From assembly GCF_018977255.1 (NCBI RefSeq), contig NW_024704762.1:2976001-3040000 (forward strand): a stretch of DNA of 64,000 nucleotides, written 5' to 3'. Source of the stretch: Callorhinchus milii. Its lineage: Eukaryota. The translations under genes and the position numbers were made by a program. Positions 35,130-48,070 of this stretch are shown piece by piece. Under the pieces are notes generated by a model. It searched no databases. It saw only the letters and a list, made by a program, of their open reading frames with translations, and was not told the origin of the DNA. Each line of letters opens with the position of its first letter. Position 1 is the stretch's first letter.

Positions 35130-37738
35130 ATTTGAGCAGAGCAACTTGAGCAGAGCCCAGCAGCGTGAGGAGGGAACTGAGTGAGGTGGAACAGAGTGAA
35201 AATTCTGTTAAGGAATTTGGTGAGAGTGGAAAGTCGGTGCAAGGGGGATAAAGATGCATAATTATAAAATATATAATAGTTATATTAAAATACTATAAAA
35301 TATGTCTGGGAATATGGCAGGGCAGCTGAGACTAGTTACATGCACAATGTGCGCTATGTGGGAACGCCAGGATGCTTTGACGCTTTGGACAAACGTACGT
35401 AGGAAGTACCTCTGGCTGCTCGAGATTGAGCTCAGAGTTTCTGAGCTCGAGAAGAAGCTGGTGTCACTACATAGCATATGGGAGGCTGAAGAGTTCATGG
35501 ATCAAATGTTTCAGGAGGTGGTCACCCACAGCCGCAGTGGGTTCAGAAGGAGAGTGAGTGGGTGACCACCTGACATGTAGGAAGAGGGGACGGGCAGTGC
35601 AGAAATCCCCTGAGACTGTGGCATTCACAAACCGGGTCTCTGTACTGAATACCGGTCAGGGTGATCCCACCTCTGGGGAGAGGAGTCAAAAGCAAATGGA
35701 TGCGCAGGGAAGAGAGTCAATGCAATTGTCATTGGGGACACAACGATGAAAGGAGTAGACAGGCGTTTCTGCAAGCAAAGACATGACTCTCGCATGGTAT
35801 GTTGCCTCCCCAGTGCCAGGGTTGAAGACATCAAAGAAAGTGTGCAAAACATTCCACAGGGTGAAGGGGAACATCCAGAAGTCGAGGTCCATGTTGGGAT
35901 CCATGGCATAAGGAAAAAAAGGGCTGAGGTTCAACAGGAAGAGTTTCAGAAGCTAGGGAAAAAGCTAAAAAGTAGGACCTCAAAGGAGGTGATCTCTGGA
36001 TTACTCCCAGTGCCTCATGCAAGTGAGTATCAAAACAGCAGGATCAAACACATACATGAGTGCATGGCTGGAGAAATGCTGCAGAAAGGAGAGCTTCCTG
36101 GATCATTGGGATCAGTTCTGGGGCAGGTGGGATGGATGGATTACACCTGAATAAGGCTGAGGCCAATGTCCTTTTATAGAGGTTAACTAGTGCTGTGGGA
36201 AGGAAATTAGGATGTAGCATCATAGAGGACATACAAGTTACGTAGAGGGCTGGGAGAGATGAATAGCAATGTAATAAGGAGTAGTCCAGAAAAAGGAGCG
36301 ATTAGACAGGGGAGAAATGCAGAGCAGACTCAGTCGGTCTTGGAGTGCATGTGCATATCTGGATAACAGTGATCACAACATCATTAGGTTTAGAGTACTT
36401 ACGGAAAGGGACAAGGAACAATCAAAGGTGAAGATACTCAACTGGAAGAGGTTAGTTTCAGTGAGTTAAAAAGGAACCTAGCTAAGGTGGACTGGAAAGA
36501 AAAATTGGCAGGTAAAACAGCTAACGAGCAGTGGGAAGTCTTCAAAGAGGAGATAGATCAGAGACAGAACAAATATATTCCCACAAAGGAGAAAGGTAGA
36601 GCATCCAAACCTCCCTGGATGAATAAGGAAATTGGGCTTAAAATAAAACAGTAAAAGGAGGCTTATTATAAATGTCAGGGCCAAAATACAGAAGATAATC
36701 AAATAGGATGGATGGATACAGAACTGGCTGGGAGACAGAAAGCAGAGTGGTGGTGAGCAGTTGTTTTTCTGACTGGAGGTAAGTGTTCCCCCACTGCTGT
36801 TTTTGATTTATATAAATGACCTGGACTTGGGTATAGTGAGTACAATTTCCAAGTTTGCAGATGATACTAAGCTAAGAAAAGTAGTAAACATGAGGAGGAT
36901 AGTAGCAGACTGCAAGGGGACATAAGCAGACTGATAAAATGGGCAGACATGTGGCAGATGAAGTTTAGTGTGGAGAAATGCAAAGTGATACATTTTGGGA
37001 GGAATAATGAGGAGTGGCAAAATAAGCTGATGGTACAATCTTAAAGTAAATCTTGAAGGTGGCAGGACAGGTAGATAAAGCTGTTTTTTTTTAAAAAAAA
37101 GCATACAGGATACGAGGCTTTATAAATAGGGCCATAGAATACAAGACATATGATATATGACATATGATGAACCTGGTTATAAAATACTGGTGAGGCCTCA
37201 GCTAGAGACGGTGTTCAGTTCTGGGCACCGCACTTTAAGAAGAATGTCAAGGCATTTGAGAGGGTGCAAAGGAGATTTACCAGGATGGTTCCAGGAATGA
37301 GGGACTTCAGTTATCAGGAGAGGCGAGAGAGCTAGGATTATTCTCCTTAGAGCAGAGGAGACTTAAGAGAAGACTTATTTTCAAAATTGAGGAGATTTGA
37401 TAAGGTGAACAACAACAGAAACTATTTCCACTGGCGGGTGGGTCGCTAACCTGAGGACACCGATTTAAAATAGTTGTTAAAAGAAACCAGGGGAGGTGAG
37501 GAAAAGTTTTTTCACACGACGTGTTGTTCGGAACTGGAATGCATTGCCTGAAAGGCTGGTGGAAGCCGATTCGATAACAACTTTTAAGAGAGAAGTAGAT
37601 AATTATTTGGGGAGGACAGGATTGCAGGGCAATGGGGAGAGAGTAGGGGAGTGGGATTGATTTGGAGAGCTCTTTTCAAAGAGCCAGCACGGACACAATG
37701 GGCCAAATGGCCTCCTTCTGTGCTGTATGATTCTATGA
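35130..37738 (+). mobile_element. CR1 LINE, near full length, internally deleted and frameshifted
   Basis: ORF1 (~35302-36215): CxxC (VTCTMCAMWE), coiled coil, SGNH-esterase motifs VIGD, VCCLPSARVEDI, HVG, ISGLLPVP, DGLHLN (36135-36152). ORF2 remnants: NSDHNIIRF, KYIPT, PPWMNKEI, WIQNWL, LFLIYINDL, FADDTK (36854-36871). 3' tail atgggccaaatggcctccttctgtgctgtatgattctatga. Confidence 0.93.
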
Positions 37739-37754
37739 ACTTATTTAAATGTGT

Positions 37755-38200
37755 GTTAGGCTGACTCAGTCAGCAGCACTCTCGTCTCTGAGTCAGAAGG
37801 TTATTAGTTCAAGCCCCATGTCAGAACATGGAACTCATATATCCTACTGCACTCCAATAGTGCTGGGGTGGTGTGGGTGTTACATTAGTGAAGGTACTGT
37901 CCTTTGGATGAGATGTCAAACTGACGCCTTATCTGCCTGTTCAGCTGGATTTTAAACATCCCATGGCACTATACAAAAAGAGAAGGGAATTTCTCTCCCG
38001 GTGTCCTGGCCAATAATCCCCCAGATAATATTGGTTACTCACTCCATGGCTGTTCATAGGGTATTGTTTGCAAACTGGCTGCCCCATTTGTGCACAGTCA
38101 CTGCACTTTACAGTGTATCCTATGAAATAATATAAGCACTAATTTATATTGTAGATATACCCACTTTGGGATGTCCTCTTGACGTGAGAGGTGCTGTATT
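37755..38200 (+). mobile_element. DeuSINE family A
   Basis: Head gcactctcgtctctgagtcagaaggtt...gttcaagcccc followed by the Deu domain. Confidence 0.82.
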
Positions 38201-38654
38201 GTATTGATTTGTGAGAAAACACATACCGAGTGACTCCATTTGCCACTTTCCGTTCCCTCGGTGTTCCCATTCCCGATAAACGCCTGAGGCAAGTCCCACT
38301 GAACCTCTGCCGTGTTGCACATCACCTCGTTCCCCTTCCGTTTCGGTGAAGTTCACACCCAGGAGTGTTTATCATGAGAAAATCAGAAAGGAGGTGTTAA
38401 TGAGCAGCAGATGTACAGGAGTCAGCCGGTCACTGAAGTGTCACTGACGGCCCTGTTAGAAGAGTGATATTTACCATCTGGGGAGGAGGGAAATGGGAAT
38501 GAAAGCTCAAAAAGGCCACAGTAGAAGATCTTTGTTTTTCTTGCTGCTCAAATCATAAATCACACTGACATGTTGGTGAGAATAATAAGCTCCACAGTTG
38601 ATCCAAGCTTCCATCATGTTCCAACGTTGCCACCATAGAGGAGAGGCATGAATG

Positions 38655-38930
38655 TGAATGAATTGTTATGAGGAGAGATTGGAGAAGTTGGGTCTATTTT
38701 CATTGACACGGAGAAAATTGAGAGGGGAACCTGACAAAATTATCAGCGTTTTTCACAGGACCACAAGAGAAAGCTATTTCCACTGGTAGGGGAGTCAGTG
38801 ACAAGGGGCCATAGTTAAACACCAGTTACAAGAATGAAAATAGAGCTTAGGATCTAGGATAGGTACTTTTGTGGAGATACACACTAACCAGACTGGATGG
38901 ACCAAATGGTACTGTACCTTCTATAAATCT
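38655..38930 (+). mobile_element. CR1 3' fragment, degraded
   Basis: YEERLEKLGLFSLTRRKLRG-like translation and gctatttccactggtaggggagtcagtgacaaggggccatag. Confidence 0.7.
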
Positions 38931-38934
38931 ATTG

Positions 38935-39301
38935 AGCCTGTAGCATATTGATTAGAGCACTTGCATCGCAAGTGAGAGGACCTGAGTTCTATTCCAGGGC
39001 AGGGCGAAACCTTCAGCATGTTTCCTTACTCCACAAGCCTCTGTTTACCGAGCAGTACGTAGGAACCCGGTTCTTAGTCATTTGGAGATTGCTTTCTGGG
39101 GATAATAATCCCCTCAAAAAAATAATTTGGTCACTCAATCCATGACTGTTTATGGGACACTACTGTGCGCAATTAACTGTTGTGTTTCGCCCACAAAATA
39201 TACAGTCAATTCACTTTACAGCATATTCTGTGAAGTGCTTTGAGAGTGTCTCAACGATGCGATCAGGCACTATATCAAATGCAAGGATTATTATTATTAT
39301 T
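38935..39301 (+). mobile_element. SINE family B, full length
   Basis: Head cctgtagcatattgattagagcacttgc... through the (att)n tail. Confidence 0.88.
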
Positions 39302-41197
39302 ACTGAAGATGGATAAAGAGAGGGTGAGGTGACCGGCAAAGCCCTTTGGGTGATCGGCGGTTTCTGATCTGCCATCGGGACATTTCAGTCTTTGCCCAGA
39401 AGCGTCTCGCAGGCGAAAGGCACAGTTGGGAGGGGACGTGCCCTTTGTGAACGCTGCGTTTCAAATCCCATTTCAGAGTAAAGTTCACGATTAACTGGTA
39501 ATTTGTGAGTAAATTAATACAACACACGTAGCTCCTTTGCCTTGAGTAGATTTGCCGCTTTAATATTCAGATGGGTTTCTGTGTCACGGTTGGTTGTGTG
39601 ATCTGAAGACTGACAGAATTGGGGGGTGGGGCACGTGGAGATGTATGGTCCCCAAGGTTGTCAGCCGTCTGAAGAGAGCTATTTTATAAAAACATTCTTA
39701 CGATTGCACCCAATTGAACCGTGCCTGAGAATCTTGTTTGATGCTGGAGCACATTCAGTCAGTGAGGGAGGAATAAAGTCACTGAGTGGGAAGAGGCGAC
39801 GTGGCTGAAAAGCAGAGAGATATACTTCACCACAACGCTGCCTAATCCTCCCCAGACCGACTGTCAATTCAGTGCAATTGCTTTGAGTCAAACTCAACAA
39901 ATTTAAACAAGATTTATCATTTATGCTGTTTGCATACAGAAGCCAATTTGGAAGTGGAAGCGTTGCGAGGTTTACGTACGTGCTTGCATGAAATATTCAG
40001 GGCAGCGCAAGGACCTGGAGTTGTCTCCAGGCTGTGGCAGCTCGCTGTTGTCCGGTTGGGTTGGCTTACCAGCCCAAACTGGAGGAGTCCTTTAAACACC
40101 TTTGGCTGCTGCGTTTCACCCACAAAAATATGCAGTCAATTCGCTTACAGTATATTTTCGTGAAATGCTTTGAGACGTCTCAAAGACGTGATAAAGCCTC
40201 TATATCAAATGCAAGGATAATTATTATTAAGGCCTGCATATGGGGTACAATTTCAAATACAATAACTATTATTCTATTCTCCACCACTATGGTATGTGTA
40301 ATTATCAGCAAACACACTTATAAAAACCATGAGTGGATTTCCAATGGTCCTAACAGAGATGGACAAGAAATGCCAAAAGGTGAAAAAAGCTAGAGAGTGA
40401 AATACCATCTCCCTCCACTGCCGTCTATGCTTAGCTGTCTGACTGCAAATCTCTATCTTCGCCCATGGGAGGGCTGGGGGCGTCTCACATTAACACTTCT
40501 CACCCTCTTAGCAAATATCATAAATGAGATCCTGCTGATCTTATCTCAAAAACGATCGCTCTCCTCTCCTATCGGCCTGCAGTTAGCTTTACATCACGGC
40601 CTTCTCGAGTAAGTGTGATGTGCTGGTGTGTTGAACACTTGGTACCATGCAGCGTCGGAACTTGTGTCCGACGACGAGAAAGGCTATGGGTCTGACAGAG
40701 GAGACAATAGCAGCCACGTTTTTGTACAGGCAGCGTGCAGTGGTGCAGCAGTCAGACTCTGAGAATGAGAGGCATGCTGTGTTACTGCCAAGAGGTGCCA
40801 GGATTTCAACAGGAACAGACTGTGCTGTTGATGAAAGAGCCAGATTTGAAAATAGAGGCAAGCTGTGCTGATGATATAGGGCTAATATTTGACAGCAGGG
40901 CAGTCCCTTTTGGTTAATGAAGGAGCAGGGAATGAGAGCCGGGCAGGCTGTTTTGGTGATGTTGAGAAGTGGATTTGCCTGTCTCAAAAAGTACGGTTAT
41001 AGAGAGACACACTGCATACTTTCTATAGTCCAACGAGCCTTGCTTTGAGCACCACAGGATTTGTCGACTGTTAACATTCAGTGAAGGCAGTTTCTCTCTC
41101 ACGGTGTCCTGGCCAACAATCCCACAAATATAAATTAGTCGTTCACTTGCGGGACATTGCAGTGCGCATATCAGCTTGCCATGGGTGCAGCACCAAT

Positions 41198-41410
41198 AAC
41201 AGAACGGTAGATTGTTACAGGGCAGGAGTAGGCCATTCGGCCCATCAAATCTGGCGTTCTATTTCCACACCCAGTCCAATCTCACTCCCCTCCTCGCTCC
41301 CCCACACCCTTTAATCTTCCTGCTATCCAATTCCCTTTGCAGAGAATTGATGGAAGATCGGTTTGTAGGAGAATATCATTTCCAAACACTCCCTACAGTT
41401 AAAAAAAATT
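41198..41410 (-). mobile_element. CR1 3' end, degraded
   Basis: acagggcaggagtaggccattcggcccatc. Confidence 0.6.
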
Positions 41411-42119
41411 TGTCAGGTCTCTTTGTGACTACCATAGATTTGATTACTGACTTGCTGCCAACCAGTGGGGAAAAATCTTATTTTTAGCATTGTATCCATA
41501 AATCCGGCAAGTCGTCTTGCTGTCAGTGTTGAATATCTTTGCCCTCTGGGCGGTCCTGCTCTCCGACTAACCCCAGACAGTTCAAGATTTCTTCCCCTAT
41601 TTCCCAGTCTGGCTGTTAACTTCCTTCATAACTTATTCATCCGGGAGTTGCAATGGAGCAGAGGGCAGGGAAGCTCTTTGCCGTCTTCACCACTTCCCCC
41701 ACCCACAGCGACTCACACCTGACAGCAGGTTGCCAATTTGCATAATAGACAATTAATTTGCCCATTAAAAACAGATTCAGGCAAATCAAAAAATGAAAGC
41801 GGCTTCTTAACTCCCGCTGGGTGATTGCTGAATTATGCAAGGCTGCCCCTCATTGCTTCCACACCATCTTACTGGCTTATTAAGTACACATCTGGATAGA
41901 CTTGAACACTGGGGTTTGGGCTTTGGGTATGTGCTACAGTGTTAGGACTTTATGAACAAGTGACCTTATAATGCCATATGATTACATAGGCCTTGTGTAA
42001 ATTGGCTGACCTGTCAACTGAGGCTTGGCTGGATCAGGTTTGCTTGTTGGTAGGAGAATTAGATCCAGGAATGGCAAGTGAGGAGATCTCAACTTGCATT
42101 TTTTTCTTAGCATTTTTAG

Positions 42120-42940
42120 CTTGTCCTTCAGATGAAACGTTAAACTGAGGGCCTGTCTGCCCGTTCAGGTGGACGTTAAATATCCCATGGCACTATTTGA
42201 AAAGAGAAGGGAGTCTCACCTGGTGTCCTGGCCAACTATCCCGTGACCCCCTCCCCACCAAAAAAAAAAACCTGTTTGTTTCATGGCTGTTTGTGTGACA
42301 TTGCTGTGCACAATTGTGCTGCCGTGTTTACCTACAAATATACAGTCACTCCATTTCACAGTGAATCCTGTGGAGCGTTTTGAGATGCTTTCCAGACTTG
42401 ATAAGGCGCTATATATAGCAAATGCAAAGCTTATTATAATTATTATTATTTTAGAGCGTGTAGAATTTGGACACCTCTTAGATTTAGTTTTGAAGCTGGT
42501 TATTGTTTACTGGCTTCAAAACTAAGGCTAAAATTCAAGTATTGTCCAAAATTTGCACGGGCTGGGTGACAGCACTAAACCACTAACTGCAATTAACAGC
42601 AGTTCATTCTTGCTATTTGAGCTGACGCCAAGCTAATCAACCGCATTTTCATTATTAATAGTCCTTACATTTAACAATGATAATCCTTACATTTGATAAA
42701 GTTCCTGATCCTGTCGCTGAGAAACCTCGAGGCGCTTCACAGGATTCACTTTACGGTGTAGTGACTGTGTATTTGTAGGCGATCGCAGCAGCTGATTTGT
42801 GCACAACAACATCCTGCAAACAGCCATGAAGTCAGTAACCGATTTTATGGGGACTGTGGCCCACGGCACCGGGAGAAACTCCCTTTTTACAAGTAGTGCC
42901 ACGGGATCTGTAACGTCCACCTGAACAGGCACAGACAGGC
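42120..42940. mobile_element. Tail-to-tail pair of DeuSINE A copies
   Basis: Plus copy ~42120-42450 and minus copy ~42678-42940. Confidence 0.82.
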
Positions 42941-43244
42941 TTGTTCTTGCCTGGCTTCTCGAAACAGCATACTCATTGATGCTTTACTTAACACAGGTCT
43001 TATGTCTTGAGTGCGTCAAGATGAGAGAGTCCTCCAGAGGCCATTCTGCCCATAAGTGCTGCTGATGAATAAATGTAGTGAAATGTGAGTGGAGCTGCTC
43101 AGTGAATGAATAATCCCATCTGCAGTTGATTACAGTGATTAAGAGCCTGACTGCATCGGTTCCAATGGGGTTGAACAAGCTTTGGATTCCCTTAAGGGTC
43201 ACTTGTGATCAATCCTCTCTTGCTCATCTTTTCCCAATGGTTTC

Positions 43245-43657
43245 AGCCTGGTTCAATCAGTAGTGCTTTTGCCTCTGAGTCAGAAGGTTGTGGGTTGAAG
43301 CCCCAACGTCAGGACTTGGAATCACATTATCTAAGCTGACCCTCCAGTGCAGTGTTGGAGGGTTGTATTGTTAGAGGTCCCTTCCTTCGGATGAGATGTT
43401 AAACTGAAGTCCCATCCGCTGGTTCAGGATCTGGTGCTATTCGAAAAGCGATAGGAGTTTCTCTCTCCCAGCGGCCTGGCCAACAATCCCACAAATAAAT
43501 TTAATTCACTTCATGGCGGTTTGCAGGACTTCAGTCACTGTGTGCAAATGGCATTCCCCTACAAAAATATAGTCACTGCACTTTTACTGTAAATTCTGTG
43601 AAGCACGTAAGCCATTTGGATGCTATAGGTGTTATATTAAACGCAAGGATTATTATT
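43245..43657 (+). mobile_element. DeuSINE family A, full length
   Basis: cagcctggttcaatcagtagtgcttttgcctctgagtcagaaggttgtgggttgaagcccc...Deu domain...caaggattattatt. Confidence 0.85.
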
Positions 43658-44039
43658 TAGAAAGTCTGCTTGATCTGTCGTCAGCATTATTCAACACGTT
43701 TCTCTGCTAGTAACATCTGGGATAAATCTGCCACTTCTAACAGCAAGCACTACTCGAAATTAAAATATAATTTCCAGGAGAGCACTCGGAAGCACTTCAT
43801 TTACACAGAGAGAAAGTTTTGAAGATTTTCTCTAATCTGTCCATAAACTGCATCTGCAGGTGTTCTGCAGAGGAAGCAGCAAAGGCAGCAACAACAACAA
43901 CGTACATTTATATAGTGCCCCTCATGCCGGGTAGGGTCCCAGAACACAAAGCAAGCCTCTCCCTATGTCAGGTTCGGTCCACATTGTGGGAGGTGCAGCA
44001 CTTTTCCAATGGATTTGGACTTCCAAATTGTTTTTTTTT

Positions 44040-44160
44040 GTCAACCGGTAGTCTGACAGACTCGCAAACCCATCACCGTGCTTAAGACTCCAAACCAGAC
44101 TGAGAATTCCACCCATCTCACCTACACATGGAAATTTCCTTGTCTGGAATGGAATGAATT
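44040..44160 (-). repeat. Family X, copy 5 (short)
   Basis: T-run followed by gtcaaccggtagtctgacagac...gcttaagactccaaaccagactgagaattcc. Confidence 0.72.
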
Positions 44161-44199
44161 CTGTCCAACTTGTAATAGGAATAATCTTTCCAGCTGATG

Positions 44200-44522
44200 C
44201 TTATAATGTTGAAAAGTCTCAAGTGCTTTGATGCGATTTATTTTAAGAGTAGTGACTGCACATCTTTAGGTTAAAGTGGCAGCCATTTTTTTTACAGAGC
44301 AATTTCCCACAAACAGCCATGAAGTGAATGACCAATTTTATCTGGGGGATTGTTGGCCAGGACACAGGGAGAGAGAAATTCCCTTCACTTTTCAAAGAGC
44401 ACCACCGGATCTTTTAACGTCCACTTGAATACGCACAGACAGGACCTCGGTTTAACATCTCATCCAAAGGACCGCATCTCTGACAATGCAACACTCTTCA
44501 TCACCGCACTGGAGCATCAGCC
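44200..44522 (-). mobile_element. DeuSINE family A
   Basis: Deu domain in reverse orientation. Confidence 0.78.
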
Positions 44523-45199
44523 GAAGTCTGCGAGCTCTTCCGTTGGGGCTCTTTATCTTACCAAGCCCAGCGAGTATGCCTTGAACTTTCCCCGGACTGA
44601 GGTGTCCCAAGGGAAGATCAAAAGGAAATACCAAAACTCCAGCTCGCAACGAGAATCTCTCCCAAGCGAGGGCACTGGTCCATCCCTAGCACAGCCTGGT
44701 CATCAAAGAGCCTGTTCCACCCAAGATATCAAGACTTCAGCCCCCAGATGGTGAGCAATTTGCTGTGAAGCTGAACCATATGGATCAGTAACTGCTACTC
44801 ACTCTCCACTCAAGATATGCAGAGTATCCTGGTGTCACTCACAGTGTGTTGAGCCGCACTCGTTCTCTGCATTCCTTCGGGCAGAACGAAAGGAGATTTC
44901 ACAGCCCCAACAGTATCCCATACGTGGGCTACATGATCAGACATCTCGGATGTTTTTTTTCCTCAGTTCAGCGAATGCTCATCTCTTTCATGGTTACAGA
45001 GTCCTGATGAAATATTAGTCAGATAAACAGGTGGCCGAGCAGATTAGAGCGGCTCCCATTCATTTCCACAGCCTCTCTCGCTCTCATGCTTCAGTGAAAT
45101 GGCTTTGAGGATTCTGAATCTAATTCACAATTAATGCAATTCCACAGCAAAACTTCCATCTCGTTTCTTTTAAAGTGGGGAACTTGCCATCTCTAAAAA

Positions 45200-46232
45200 C
45201 ACACGTCAGGACTTGGAGCTCATATAGTCTAAGCTGACGCTCCCGTGCGGCACTGGGGGAGCACTGCATTGTCGGAGGTGCCGTCCTTTGGATGAGAAGT
45301 TAAACTGAGGCTCGTCTGTCTGTTCAGGTGGACGTTAAGGATCCCGTGGACAATTCAATGTGTTCAACTTTACACAGCGACATTAAATGGCTATACTGTA
45401 TTACCTGGCACAAGCGGGCACACTCGGAGCAGGTGGCATCGACAATCTGGAACCTTGTGTAGTCCCACGTCTTTCCGCACTCCACGGCTCCTCATTCAGG
45501 GCGGCTTCAACAGATGGGATCTGAGTCTCGAAAATTACCCACTGCTTATCGTAACATTAATGGAAAGTCTAACATTTCACGCCAGCAGATAGACCACTTC
45601 ACGTGCTTGCAGGTTTCGCCATTGCTAGTCAGTCTGTAAATAGAGGAGATGGCACGAAGGATATAAATAATAATGATCCTTATCCGTGATATGATGCCTT
45701 TTACGTCGGGATGACGTCTCAAAGCGCTTCACAGGTTATTCTGTAAAGTGGAGTGACTGTATTTGTAGGCAAATGTGGTAGCCAATTTGTGTACAATAAA
45801 CGTGACCGATTTTATCTGGGAGGTTGTTAGCCAGGACACCAGGAGAGAAAAAGTCCCATCTGAAAAGGAGAAAAGTAAAAAGCGTATGTTGGGTGGAGAG
45901 GGAGAGGAGAAGCGGGTTATGTGCAGACCCTGTGAACACTGGCAAATCTTTGTCCAGCTAGGACCACCCTACCTGTTAGAGCTTTGACTTGTTGAGTAAA
46001 CAGAACCTTTGATATAGTGCCTTATCATGTTGTCGAACCGTCTCAAAGAGCTTCACAGCGCTTTACTCTAAAGTGGAGTGACTGTGTATTTTGTGGGCGA
46101 AACGTGGCAGCCAATTTTTGCATAGAAAGAGTCAAGGCATGAGTGACATTTTTGGGGGGCTGTTGGATTTGTTGACTAGGATACCAGGAGATAGAAACTC
46201 CCTTCTCTTTTCAAATAGCGCCCTGGGATCCT
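45200..46232. mobile_element. Three DeuSINE fragments (+45200-45355; -45665-45860; -46005-46232)
   Basis: Deu-domain and tail motifs. Confidence 0.72.
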
Positions 46233-48070
46233 TTTTTTAGCCTATCCTCATAGCTGTAACTGCTCGTGCCTCAAAGCATCAGCGAGAAGTTGTTTCACAG
46301 ATGACCTTAATGTCATTTCTGTAATGGGACTCACACAGGTTAGGATGGAACTTTGACTTCATGGTTACGATGCTATCAAACACAAGTTAGACCTTGATTC
46401 CTTAACGGCACCTAATGTTGTTCAAAATACTACCTGATATTTCCTTTACATCCACTCGTGCTGTCTCAGCACATGAACTTCTCCTATATTAATCGATTGT
46501 GCCACATAATAAATGTGACACAGTGTAAATACAGTTTGGCATGGAGGTTTAAGCAATAAATCAACATCAGTCTCCCATTACATCCTTGGAGCTGTCATTG
46601 CCAATGAGAAGGCAGAACGCAATGTAACTGTGAGCGCCTCTAGTTGTCTTCCTCCCTCGAATCGCTGTTGAATACGTCATGCGAGCCTAACATTGCTACA
46701 CCTGGCAGCCTACGCTCAGCAGTCGTCTCAAGCTCACCGGACTCGGCCGCTGGGACACGTCTACCTGGAAGGATTTCTCGCCGTGACAGTTATCTGTAGC
46801 GAATCGAACAGGCAACGAAACAAGGAATTATTTCTTGAATCATCCAATTTGTGTAATCCAAAATTCTTACCAGAAAAAGTCCCCTTCCATTCCTCCTTCC
46901 CCATTCCCCGTCTCCCTCTACAAGGTGAAATTTCAGGCCTGGAATGCTTGAAATCTTTCGATGTGAAGGGACGTCTTTCACTGTGACAGTTATCACATGC
47001 TTCGTTTTTCCACACCCCCCACCCTTTCCTGCAGCAACTCATCAATTGTAAAATAATCGTTTTCATCTGATTTGGAAGCAAAGACCAGAAGCTATATAAT
47101 ACTGGTCACTCAATTCACAGTTGACAGTGGGGCATTGCTGTGTACAAGTCGGCTGCCATGAATGTACAGTCACTACACTTTACAGTAAAATCCTGTGAAG
47201 TGCTTTAAGATGTTTGGACGATGCGATAAAGCGCGGTGTCAAATGTAAGGATTTTTGTTATTAATATTATTTTTAACAGATGCCTTTGAAATACAATCCC
47301 ACTATTTCCGCCTTGTTGGTAACAATACACACAGAACTGTGTCTGATGCCCCAAATTCTACCTGGTTTTAGCCTGGTTAAATCCTGCAGGATTCTTTTTT
47401 GAACCATTCTTGGCTTGCAAGCAGTTTTTTTCAATAGTTCCTAAAATGAACCGGCTTCTAAATTCAGGCTGAATTTCAGAATTTTAAACAATTAAGGCAA
47501 AAATTTATTTTATTGCATTTAACTGGCCCAGATGGAGAGAATACAAGAAGGAGAAAGCAACTGAGGGAGGAGAGGGGTTTAGGAAGCGTGGAGGCTAGTG
47601 TAGAGTCTAAACCTGGCACGGACCAGTTTGCCCGAATGGCCTGTGTCAATTGCTGGGTAATTCTATGTAAGGCTGAAACTAGCTAGAATTTTGAGCTTGC
47701 AGTGCCTTAATATAATACAGTACAATACAAATTTACTTTTATGCACTGTTTTTTGAATTATGAGGACGTCCCAAAGTGGCTAACAATAGTGGCTGTGCAC
47801 CCGAGCTGGGGGCTAGGATCAAGGGGGGTGGAGGGGGGATGATGACCGAAAGCGCGGTCAAAGAGGTAGGTCTTGAGATGAGTGGGGAGAGAAGGGGATC
47901 AATTGGAATAGAATGGATTGTTGGCTGAAGCTAGTGTAAGCCAACGGTAGGTGTATTTAAAGTGAATGGAACGCCCCAGGGATGTCAGTGGTGCTGTCAG
48001 ATTGCCACTGACTATTTGCTCCCTATGGAAAGGGTCAGTAGCTTCACATCACGCATATGCTTCCGTGATG

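Noticed and set aside
44690..44756. Exon ending ATG|GTGAGC
   Set aside because: Weak acceptor and no recognisable peptide.
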